The notes beneath the pieces are model-generated. The model saw only the letters and a list, made by a program, of their open reading frames with translations. It had not been told where the DNA came from and searched no databases. Shown here in pieces: positions 8,568-15,828 of a stretch of DNA of 64,000 nucleotides (positions within the stretch are counted from its first letter, which is position 1; each line of letters opens with the position of its first letter). Both the position numbers and the translations under genes were made by a program. Location: assembly GCA_965658995.1 (NCBI GenBank), contig CBFHVI010000007.1, positions 24,848 to 88,847 of the forward strand, read 5' to 3'. This DNA is from Flavobacteriales bacterium (GTDB lineage Bacteria > Bacteroidota > Bacteroidia > Flavobacteriales_D > CAJJDF01).

Positions 8568-8693
8568 TTTATTCTTCCTGCACTTTTCGCTACAATACTT
8601 CACTTCTTCCCATACTTTTTCCCATTTTTTTCGCCACGTGAATGGTCGCTCGCATACGATGCAAATTTTGGTTGGAAGGTGTTGCTTTCTCAT
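8553..8693 (-). CDS. DUF2256 domain-containing zinc-ribbon protein (46 aa, below the ORF-track cutoff)
   Basis: Reverse-strand ATG at 8693 to TAG at 8553-8555 gives [46 protein letters not shown]. The CxxC...W(R/K)KKW...VKYCSxxCR pattern matches DUF2256, a family often found beside photolyase genes. Confidence 0.8.
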   Translation of the reverse strand: MRKQHLPTKICIVCERPFTWRKKWEKVWEEVKYCSEKCRKNKNSHP

Positions 8694-8785
8694 TTCAGTA
8701 TAGTTTTTTTATCCACAAATTTCCTTTTTTGAAGAACGTTAAGTTGGTTTTGATAGCAATCTTTACATTTTCATAGAATTTGTAG

Positions 8786-8822
8786 TTCACTTCCTTTAGG
8801 GAAGAGTTAGAGATGGGAGCTC
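8786..8822 (-). repeat. Family-1 REP-like repeat, copy D
   Basis: The reverse complement reads gagctcccatctctaactcttccctaaaggaagtgaac. It encodes the last residues (ELPSLTLP*) and the stop of the flavin reductase gene. Confidence 0.7.
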
Positions 8823-9443
8823 CGGCACTTCTTCCACTCTTACATAAGGAAATGAGGCGATTTTTTCGACACTGTAATACGAATTTAACCCTGAGATTCC
8901 GGCTGTTTCTGCTTGTTCGAGGTCTATGTAGCCTTTTTCGTTTACGGCTTCGTCTGGAAGAATAATGTGTTCTACTTCCCCAATTACTAGGATGGTTCCA
9001 TTTCGTTCGATGGGAATGCTTTCGGAATATTTCATCCCTATTTTGATGGTGCTTTCTTTCACAAATGGAGCTTTAAAACCTGGTAAATACTCATCGGTCA
9101 AGCCACAAACATTAAATTCGGACACTTCTCTATCAAATTTGGCGGAGGTGTAGTGAGCGTTTTTTACAAAACTTTCTCTTACGTGATTGATGGTGTACAA
9201 ACCATTGGCCAAAATATTTTCGTAGGTATTTCGGGGCACTTCGCCCGCAGGTCGCACAATAAAACCGAGTAGAGCAGGATTACTACCCAAGTGCACAATC
9301 GAACTAAATATCGCAACATTGGGAATGTCGTCTTCCGACACAGTCCCGATTAAGTTGGCAGGTTTAATACCTGTAATCGAGTTGATTAAGTTTAGTTTTT
9401 TTCTTCGTTCTAGTTGGTACAAATCGTCTTTTGTTAAATGCAT
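8796..9443 (-). CDS. Flavin reductase family protein (FMN-binding split barrel)
   Basis: 215 aa. LNLINSITGIKPANLIGTVSEDDIPNVAIFSSIVHLGSNPALLGFIVRP resembles COG1853 flavin reductase-like proteins. Confidence 0.7.
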   Translation of the reverse strand: MHLTKDDLYQLERRKKLNLINSITGIKPANLIGTVSEDDIPNVAIFSSIVHLGSNPALLGFIVRPAGEVPRNTYENILANGLYTINHVRESFVKNAHYTSAKFDREVSEFNVCGLTDEYLPGFKAPFVKESTIKIGMKYSESIPIERNGTILVIGEVEHIILPDEAVNEKGYIDLEQAETAGISGLNSYYSVEKIASFPYVRVEEVPELPSLTLP

Positions 9444-9454
9444 ATTGTTTAGTA

Positions 9455-9540
9455 TTTAGTCGTCAGTCCTTGGTCTTTAGTCTTTTCACTTTTTTCTCTT
9501 CTCTCTTCTTTCCTCTCTCTATTCTTTTCTCTAATATCTA
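9455..9540 (-). repeat. Family-2 intergenic repeat, copy 1
   Basis: Shares four blocks with 12389-12467: tttagtcgtcagtc, ggtctttagtcttttc, tctctattctttt and ttctctaatatcta. It fills the gap between the photolyase stop (9545) and the flavin reductase start (9443). Confidence 0.75.
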
Positions 9541-9544
9541 TCAT

Positions 9545-11005
9545 CTACCCTCTCTTCCTGGTATGTAAATTCACAATTCTTCGTTTGTTTTCTCTTACTT
9601 CGGGAGTCTTTCGGTGTCCCCAAATTTTGTCTCTCGCTACTTTTGCGGTTTCTTTCAAATCCACTATTGGCAGGGGATAATCTTCGCCCAGTACCATGTC
9701 ACAGTCTATCAGGTCAATCGTGGTAGCTTTCCATGGTTCATGGATAAATTTTGTAGGAAAATCGGTGAGTTCGGGCACCCATTTTTTTATAAAAATTCCT
9801 TCAGGATCATTGTCTTGCGATTGTTTAATGGGGTTGTACATTCTCACGGTATTGATTCCTGTGGTTCCCGCCTGCATCTGAAACTGTGGATAGTGAATCC
9901 CTGGTTCATAATCCAAAAACTGCTGCGCCAAGTGATACACCCCTTTACGCCAATCGTTGTCTAAGTTAAAACAAAGAAAGGAAACAAGCATGGCACGCAT
10001 CCTAAAGTTTATCCACCCCGTTTTGATTACTGCTCGCATGCAGGCATCTACGAGAGGATAGCCCGTTTTTCCTTGTTTCCACGCTTCCAAATAATCTGGA
10101 TTATTGCTGTGTTCCAATGTTTCGTATCCAGGATTTACGCAATCGGTTTCGTATACGCATTCTACTTCAAATTTCTGAATAAAATGGCAATGCCACTTCA
10201 ATCGGGTCAGCATCCCATCAAATGCGCGCTTGTTTTTTTGGTAATTGGAGTGCGAAACCACAAACTGCGAAGCTTGTTTTACCGACAAGTTTCCCCAAGA
10301 AATGTAGGGCGATATTCGTCCACAAGAAAGCCGACTTTCTGTAGGTTTGGAAATGTGTCGGTTGTAGTTTTTTCCTCGGTCTTTCACAAAAGATTCTAGG
10401 TATTTCCAGCCGTTTTTTTCGCCTGCTGGCTGAAAAGACGTGGGATAGCTTTCGAGCGTTTTTTTAAATTCCTTAGGAAAAGTAAACGGATGATTTACCT
10501 CCATTTTTTCTTTGGGCGAATAGGTATTTGTCAGTACCACTCGGTTCATGTTGTGGTACCACATTTTGTCCCAATTGTCTCTGTTTTTTATTCCTCTTAG
10601 CACATTGTCTCGTTGATATTCGTACCAGGTTATTCCCTCCCTATCCAACAATCGTTTTATGCCTTTGTCTCTTTTCCAAGTCAATTTTATCCCACTTTCG
10701 CGGTAGCTAAATACGTTTTGAACCGAATAAATAGAGATAAAATGAGCAAAAACATCCACCGCCTCACCATAGCATTGGGTGACTGTTTGGTTTGTTTTTG
10801 CCAACGTTTCGTTCATCTGATTGACAGAGTGATAACAAAATTGCAAATGCCTATCCGAAGTATCGGGATACTCGATGAGGGAAGGTTCGTACAAGAAAAG
10901 TAGGAGGTAAGGCAAACCCGATTTTTCGGCTTGCTGAATTGGAACATGGTCTTGAGTCCGCAAATCACGCTTAAGCCAAACGATATTTACCTGAGGTTTA
11001 CTCAC
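9545..11005 (-). CDS. Deoxyribodipyrimidine photolyase / cryptochrome family protein (COG0415 type)
   Basis: N-terminal IVWLKRDLRTQDH and the FAD-domain motifs TGYPLVDACMRAVIKTGWINFRMRAMLVSF and DYEPGIHYPQFQMQAG. I prefer the GTG at 11005, which gives a GTGA start/stop overlap with the upstream gene. The ORF-track TTG at 11035 is an alternative. Confidence 0.85.
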   Translation of the reverse strand: MSKPQVNIVWLKRDLRTQDHVPIQQAEKSGLPYLLLFLYEPSLIEYPDTSDRHLQFCYHSVNQMNETLAKTNQTVTQCYGEAVDVFAHFISIYSVQNVFSYRESGIKLTWKRDKGIKRLLDREGITWYEYQRDNVLRGIKNRDNWDKMWYHNMNRVVLTNTYSPKEKMEVNHPFTFPKEFKKTLESYPTSFQPAGEKNGWKYLESFVKDRGKNYNRHISKPTESRLSCGRISPYISWGNLSVKQASQFVVSHSNYQKNKRAFDGMLTRLKWHCHFIQKFEVECVYETDCVNPGYETLEHSNNPDYLEAWKQGKTGYPLVDACMRAVIKTGWINFRMRAMLVSFLCFNLDNDWRKGVYHLAQQFLDYEPGIHYPQFQMQAGTTGINTVRMYNPIKQSQDNDPEGIFIKKWVPELTDFPTKFIHEPWKATTIDLIDCDMVLGEDYPLPIVDLKETAKVARDKIWGHRKTPEVRENKRRIVNLHTRKRG

Positions 11006-12096
11006 AGTTTGAGGCTCTTTTTTACTTTTTTCCAATACCCAAAAAACGACCTAAAATCTCCCTGAACTTCGGGAGCAATCCAATCTCTGGAATCTTCTAT
11101 TCCTCTGAAATGTGTGTTTGTTGGATGTTCCATAAAATAAATTTGAGGAGTGGAGTAGGAGTTTTGGAATTCATCAAACTCATCCACAAACACCTGGCAA
11201 TTCGGGATGTTTTTGGTCAAATCCAACACAAAATCAATTACTTTTTGTGACGAAGGATATTTTTCGAAAAAAGAAGGTTCCAAAATCAATACTCGGTTCA
11301 TTACCATTTCCTTTCGCCAGTTGGGATCTAGGTTGTAAAAAGTGTAAACGGCAGTGGGCAAATTCTCGTTTATCTCCAGTTCCTTTTTTTGTGGAAGTGG
11401 TGTATTTAATTCCAATTTTTGAGTAGGTTTTAGGACTTCTGGTTGTTCTAGTTCGCCCAAAACTTCGTATGGAATATCCAAGAAAGTGCCTTTGTCGGAG
11501 GTTTTACAATATTTATTGATGTTTTCTTGATTAGCAATATACTGTTTATTGCTGTTGGTTCCTGCTACCCACTGCCAGCTGAGTCCGTTGCTTGCCCAAT
11601 CGGCATCTAGCAAATGGTAGTACATCCATTGTGCAGGAAGTTTCCAATGGTTTTTACCCAAATTACACGCAATTCCTGCTGTGTACATTCGCAAATGATT
11701 GTGCATGTAACCAGTTTCGTAAAGTTCCTCAATCCCCTTGTCTATTGCCGTGATGTCTGTTTTTGCCTCCACCAAAACACTGGATATTTCGCGCGAGGTC
11801 GTGCCGTTTTGTGGGTTTCGGATGTCGTGGTCAATTCCTCCTTCTTTGTGAATCCAGCTTTGCTGCCAAAAATCTCTCCAAGCCAATTCTTGCAACATTT
11901 TTTCAATCTGATAAGGTTTGTAACCCAAGCTCATCACATGGTCAAAAACTTGTTTGGTAGAAATAACACCACGAGAAATATAAGGAGATAAATAGGTGAC
12001 TTTTCCGTCCATAAAATTTCGGGATTTGCAATAAGCCACCGGCTCAATTTCGTTTATTCGTGCAAGAATGGAGTTGTAATCCGTAGGAAAATTCAT
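11002..12096 (-). CDS. FAD-binding-domain (photolyase-like) protein with atypical domain order
   Basis: 364 aa. FAD_binding_7-type motifs LSPYISRGVIS, ELAWRDFW, TGYMHNHLRMYTAGIA and LLDADWASNGLSWQWVAGT lie in the first ~205 aa and are followed by ~130 further residues. There is no N-terminal alpha/beta photolyase domain. Confidence 0.75.
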   Translation of the reverse strand: MNFPTDYNSILARINEIEPVAYCKSRNFMDGKVTYLSPYISRGVISTKQVFDHVMSLGYKPYQIEKMLQELAWRDFWQQSWIHKEGGIDHDIRNPQNGTTSREISSVLVEAKTDITAIDKGIEELYETGYMHNHLRMYTAGIACNLGKNHWKLPAQWMYYHLLDADWASNGLSWQWVAGTNSNKQYIANQENINKYCKTSDKGTFLDIPYEVLGELEQPEVLKPTQKLELNTPLPQKKELEINENLPTAVYTFYNLDPNWRKEMVMNRVLILEPSFFEKYPSSQKVIDFVLDLTKNIPNCQVFVDEFDEFQNSYSTPQIYFMEHPTNTHFRGIEDSRDWIAPEVQGDFRSFFGYWKKVKKSLKL

Positions 12097-12097
12097 G

Positions 12098-12379
12098 TTA
12101 TCTCTTTGATATTTTGTTATATGTAATTATTCTTTGACGGGTACATTTGAATCTGTCTATCTCTGGATTTCGTTTTTTCAAATGCTTCTGACTCACACCG
12201 CTATTCACACGTTTTCGCCAGAGATTAAAACTCTTCCGCTTAAGCGAATTTCGCATGATTTTGATCACTTCGCTTTCGGGCGTACCAAACTGAAATTCAA
12301 TGGCTTCAAACGGAGTTCTGTCCTCCCAAGCCATTTCTATTATTCTATTTATGTCTCTTTCCGTAAGGTCTTGTTTCAT
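12098..12379 (-). CDS. TIGR03643 (DUF2805) family protein
   Basis: 93 aa. IIEMAWEDRTPFEAIEFQFG...SFNLWRKRV matches my memory of the TIGR03643 signature, a family typically found next to photolyase genes. Confidence 0.8.
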   Translation of the reverse strand: MKQDLTERDINRIIEMAWEDRTPFEAIEFQFGTPESEVIKIMRNSLKRKSFNLWRKRVNSGVSQKHLKKRNPEIDRFKCTRQRIITYNKISKR

Positions 12380-12388
12380 TGTTGTTTC

Positions 12389-12467
12389 TTTAGTCGTCAG
12401 TCGTATAGCGCAGCGGTCTTTAGTCTTTTCTCTCTATTCTTTTTTCTATTATTTTCTCTAATATCTA
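12389..12467 (-). repeat. Family-2 intergenic repeat, copy 2
   Basis: Same four blocks as 9455-9540. It fills the gap between the SRPBCC stop (12472) and the TIGR03643 start (12379). Confidence 0.75.
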
Positions 12468-12471
12468 AAAG

Positions 12472-12942
12472 CTATCCTCCAAACTTCCCATACTTTTTCT
12501 CCAAGGCAGTTGTCCGGTAGTCAAATATTTCGTTCAATTTTTTCTTGATGAAAAGGCTATTAGCAATCGCACCCAAAAAACCGAGTGGTGGTATGTAAGT
12601 CACAATATCTTTCATCAGCACTCCACCTTCTATTGGTTCGATAAAGTGCTGGTGATGCCACATTTTGTATGGACCAACTCGCTGTTCGTCAATAAAATAC
12701 TCCAGTTCTTTTACCTGCGTTATTTCGGTCATCCAGGGAGTTTTAATTCCTAAAACTGGTTTTACTATGTAAGTAATTATCATCCCGGGATACATTTTTT
12801 GGTCACTGTCTTTGGAGGTGATTTCAAAACCCATGTACTCGGGTGTGATTTCTTTTAGGTTTTTGGGCGAAGAAATAAAATCCCAAACCTCTTCCAAGGT
12901 AGCGGGTACTTTTTGTTCTTGAATAAACTGATAAAATGCCAT
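12472..12942 (-). CDS. SRPBCC (START/cyclase-dehydrase fold) family protein
   Basis: 156 aa. N-terminal VPATLEEVWDFISSPKNLKEITP and WHHQHF motifs are typical of COG4276-type SRPBCC proteins. Confidence 0.7.
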   Translation of the reverse strand: MAFYQFIQEQKVPATLEEVWDFISSPKNLKEITPEYMGFEITSKDSDQKMYPGMIITYIVKPVLGIKTPWMTEITQVKELEYFIDEQRVGPYKMWHHQHFIEPIEGGVLMKDIVTYIPPLGFLGAIANSLFIKKKLNEIFDYRTTALEKKYGKFGG

Positions 12943-12945
12943 GAC

Positions 12946-13113
12946 TTAGTTTTTTAATGCGTCTATTTTTTTTATTACTTCTTCTGCCTCGGCTGTTTTT
13001 TCGTCACTTTTGGTTCGGTTTATCTTGGATAAATCAAACGCCTCTTTCATTAGTTTTTGATATTGGTCTTGCAGCTTTTCTAATTCACTTTTTTTCTTGA
13101 ATAATCCAAACAT
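12946..13113 (-). CDS. Lacal_2735-like small protein (55 aa, below the ORF-track cutoff)
   Basis: Reverse-strand ATG at 13113 to TAA at 12946-12948 gives MFGLFKKKSELEKLQDQYQKLMKEAFDLSKINRTKSDEKTAEAEEVIKKIDALKN. It resembles the small flavobacterial Lacal_2735 family as I remember it. It packs tightly, 3 nt from the SRPBCC start. Confidence 0.6.
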   Translation of the reverse strand: MFGLFKKKSELEKLQDQYQKLMKEAFDLSKINRTKSDEKTAEAEEVIKKIDALKN

Positions 13114-13152
13114 GGTAAGCTAGTTTTGATGGGTTTTGCTCCGCAATGGGGC

Positions 13153-14454
13153 TTATAAATTTTTGTAATTATTGATGGCAATGTCTTTTGCTTGCAGTGA
13201 ATTCATGAGGCTGTACAACCCAAAAAACGTTCTGTTTACGTAAATAAAATGCTTGCTTCCTCGGTTGGCATCCATTTTTCGGAGCTCGGTGTTTTTGGTG
13301 TATTGTTCGCCTAATTCGCCTATTTTATTAAAGAAAACCTCGTCACTAAAATCAAAATATTCTTTCTGCAAGGGTTTTCCAAACCAGCTGAGTAATTCAT
13401 GAAACATTTGAGAAAAGAAAGCCACATCTTCGGGTGAATCGCTTGGCTTTAAGATTTCTAAGTCGTACATCTTCGACCGAAATAATTGTTCGTCTGCCAA
13501 GGTTTCTTTTTGCACCAACTCAAAATAGGGTACATAAAAATCTTCTGGGATTTGTTTCATGCACCCAAAATCTAGCGCTATCAGTTCATCGTTTTTCGAC
13601 ACGAGGAAATTTCCTGGATGCGGATCGGCATGTACGTTTTTGAGCACGTGCATCTGATACATGTAAAAATCCCACAAGGCTTGACCTATTTTTGTGCCGC
13701 TTTCTGCCGTGGGAGTGTACTCCGAAAGATGCACGCCCGTCATCCAATCCATCGTGATGATTCTTTCGGACGAATATTCTTTGTAGTATTTGGGAAATAA
13801 GAGGTTTGGAATGTTTTTGCAAGCCTCCGATATTTCTTTGCTTTGCGAAAGCTCCAACAAATAATTGGTTTCTTCCATTAGTTTGTCCTCCACTTCCTTG
13901 AAGTATTTATCCGAATGTTTTGCCGAAATATTGAGTATTCGCAGCGCCACTGGTTTTACCAATTTCAAATCCGAACTTATGCTTTCTGATACACCTGGAT
14001 ACTGGATTTTTACGGCTAGTTCTTGTCCATCTTTTTTGGCTTTGTGCACCTGTCCTATGCTTGCCGCATTGGTAGATTGGGTGTTGAATTCATCAAACAC
14101 TTCGTTTGGCGTTTTACCAAAATACTTGTTGAAAGTTTTGTTGACCAACGGAGGCGAAAGTGGCGGAACCGAAAACTGCGACAACGAGAATTTTTCGACA
14201 TAAGCCGCTGGCATAATCGATTTTTCCATGCTGAGCATTTGTGCTACTTTCAGGGCGCTTCCTTTCAATTGCTTTAGGATGTTGTAAATATCCTCAGCAT
14301 TGTCTTTGTTTAGTTGCTCGCGGGCGTCTTCCTCGGTTTTTACCAGTTTGCTCCCGTAGTATTTTAGGTAGTTTACACCCACTTTTGCTCCCGTTCCTAC
14401 TAGCTTGCTTGCTCGTTTTATCTTCGAAATCGGAATGTTATCAATCGTTTCCAT
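13153..14454 (-). CDS. ABC1/UbiB (AarF) atypical kinase family protein
   Basis: 433 aa. Motifs AASIGQVHKA, VAVKIQYPG-like (LAVKIQYPG) and HADPHPGNF are typical of ABC1 kinases. Confidence 0.85.
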   Translation of the reverse strand: METIDNIPISKIKRASKLVGTGAKVGVNYLKYYGSKLVKTEEDAREQLNKDNAEDIYNILKQLKGSALKVAQMLSMEKSIMPAAYVEKFSLSQFSVPPLSPPLVNKTFNKYFGKTPNEVFDEFNTQSTNAASIGQVHKAKKDGQELAVKIQYPGVSESISSDLKLVKPVALRILNISAKHSDKYFKEVEDKLMEETNYLLELSQSKEISEACKNIPNLLFPKYYKEYSSERIITMDWMTGVHLSEYTPTAESGTKIGQALWDFYMYQMHVLKNVHADPHPGNFLVSKNDELIALDFGCMKQIPEDFYVPYFELVQKETLADEQLFRSKMYDLEILKPSDSPEDVAFFSQMFHELLSWFGKPLQKEYFDFSDEVFFNKIGELGEQYTKNTELRKMDANRGSKHFIYVNRTFFGLYSLMNSLQAKDIAINNYKNL

Positions 14455-14459
14455 GGCGA

Positions 14460-15104
14460 TTATTTTCTAAGTTCTTTGAGCAAAAATTTCCCCAAATCTA
14501 TAACGCTCTCCAAGGGTTTTATGTCTTGCAATTGAAACCCTGTATTGACCAATTTTTCGATCAAAATATCGGTTTTTTCAAATCCTGGCGATGTATCTCT
14601 TTCCCAATAAGCCAAGATAAAAGCAAATTGGCCCCAATAGGCTTCGGCAATGCTTTTGTCTTTCAGCGAATTCAGTCTGTCTTCCGGAATTTCGAGGGTC
14701 TCAATGTCTATCGAATGAATGTATTCCTTGAAATGTTTTCCCAATCGTTTGGTTACTCCCAATCCTTTTAGTTTGTCTGTTTTGATGGCTTGCAGCACGT
14801 AGCTTCTATTCTTAGTAAGAATTTCAAAAAACGTGTAGTAAAAACTCAGCAATTTGTTTTGCGCATCAAACGATCGGTACTCTTCGTTTTTGCGCAGAAG
14901 TGTGAGGGTTTGAGTAAAAAACTCACAAAATATTTCTTTTTCGAGTTCGTCAAAGTTTGGGAAATGGGCATAAAAATCGCTTTCGCTCATGTCGTTTTCT
15001 TTGGCAAACGAAAATACGTTGTATGGTTTTTTTCCGTGCTCTAGCACATAGTGCATGTAGCTGGTAATGATTGCTTCTCTGTGGTTTACTGCTGTTTCTT
15101 CCAT
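14460..15104 (-). CDS. TetR/AcrR-family transcriptional regulator
   Basis: 214 aa. N-terminal helix-turn-helix-like region (AIITSYMHYVLEHGKKPYNVFSFAKENDMSESDFYAHF) followed by a helical C-terminal domain. Confidence 0.65.
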   Translation of the reverse strand: MEETAVNHREAIITSYMHYVLEHGKKPYNVFSFAKENDMSESDFYAHFPNFDELEKEIFCEFFTQTLTLLRKNEEYRSFDAQNKLLSFYYTFFEILTKNRSYVLQAIKTDKLKGLGVTKRLGKHFKEYIHSIDIETLEIPEDRLNSLKDKSIAEAYWGQFAFILAYWERDTSPGFEKTDILIEKLVNTGFQLQDIKPLESVIDLGKFLLKELRK

Positions 15105-15122
15105 GGTGTTTTGTGTAATTAA

Positions 15123-15818
15123 TTATCCTTTTATCGAAGACATTCCTCCATCCGCATGAATTACTTGTCCCGTAATCCAAGCTGATTTGTCCGACAATAA
15201 GAACGCTCCTAATTGCGCAATATTTTCTGGGTTTCCTATGGTTTTTAACGGATGCCTTTGTGCGTTTGATTCTTTCTTTTCGTCACTGCTTAGTAGTTTG
15301 CTAGCCAACTGAGTATCGGTAAGCGAAGGCGCAATAGCGTTTACCCTGATGGCTGGAGCAAATTCTGCGGCAAGTGAACGAGTCAATCCTTCGATTGCTC
15401 CCTTGGAGGCGGCAACTTGTGCATGAAAGTTGAATCCATTTTGTACAGCAACAGTCGAGAAAAATAGGATAGAGGAATTTCCCGCAGCTTTTAGGTTTGG
15501 CAATACTTTTTGTATCACTTTTACAGCTCCATTTACTTGCAGCTCAAAATCCTCAGCAAATTGTGCCGGCTTTATTCTTTTGAAAGGCATCAAATTGATG
15601 CTACCTGGGCAATACGCCACTCCGTGAATTTCCTCTGGCAACTCGTCCAATTCCAATTCGTCTGCCGTTACATCCAAGTGGTAATAATTGACACTAGGGA
15701 TGATGCTTTCCGTTTCGTTTTTGTTGTACGTAGCATACACTTCCCCTTCGAGGGCTAGTTGTTCTGTCAATGCTTTCCCGATTCCCGAGGAACCTCCAAT
15801 TACTAAAAAATTCTTCAT
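15123..15818 (-). CDS. SDR-family oxidoreductase
   Basis: N-terminal GGSSGIG cofactor motif. Length (231 aa) and the ASKGAIEGL active-site region are typical of short-chain dehydrogenases. Confidence 0.85.
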   Translation of the reverse strand: MKNFLVIGGSSGIGKALTEQLALEGEVYATYNKNETESIIPSVNYYHLDVTADELELDELPEEIHGVAYCPGSINLMPFKRIKPAQFAEDFELQVNGAVKVIQKVLPNLKAAGNSSILFFSTVAVQNGFNFHAQVAASKGAIEGLTRSLAAEFAPAIRVNAIAPSLTDTQLASKLLSSDEKKESNAQRHPLKTIGNPENIAQLGAFLLSDKSAWITGQVIHADGGMSSIKG

Positions 15819-15828
15819 TTTCTTTTTT

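Noticed and set aside
8709-8717. Perfect DnaA box TTATCCACA in the gap between the DUF2256 and flavin reductase genes.
   Set aside because: It is a single copy. A given 9-mer is expected roughly 0.5 times by chance in 64 kb on two strands. There are no neighbouring boxes or AT-rich unwinding element, and it sits inside an operon spacer, so it is not evidence for oriC.
14241-14771. 176-aa plus-strand ORF spanning the ABC1 kinase/TetR junction.
   Set aside because: It is antisense to two confident genes. The translation is low-complexity and Leu/Cys/Phe/Ser-rich, with no domain-like pattern.
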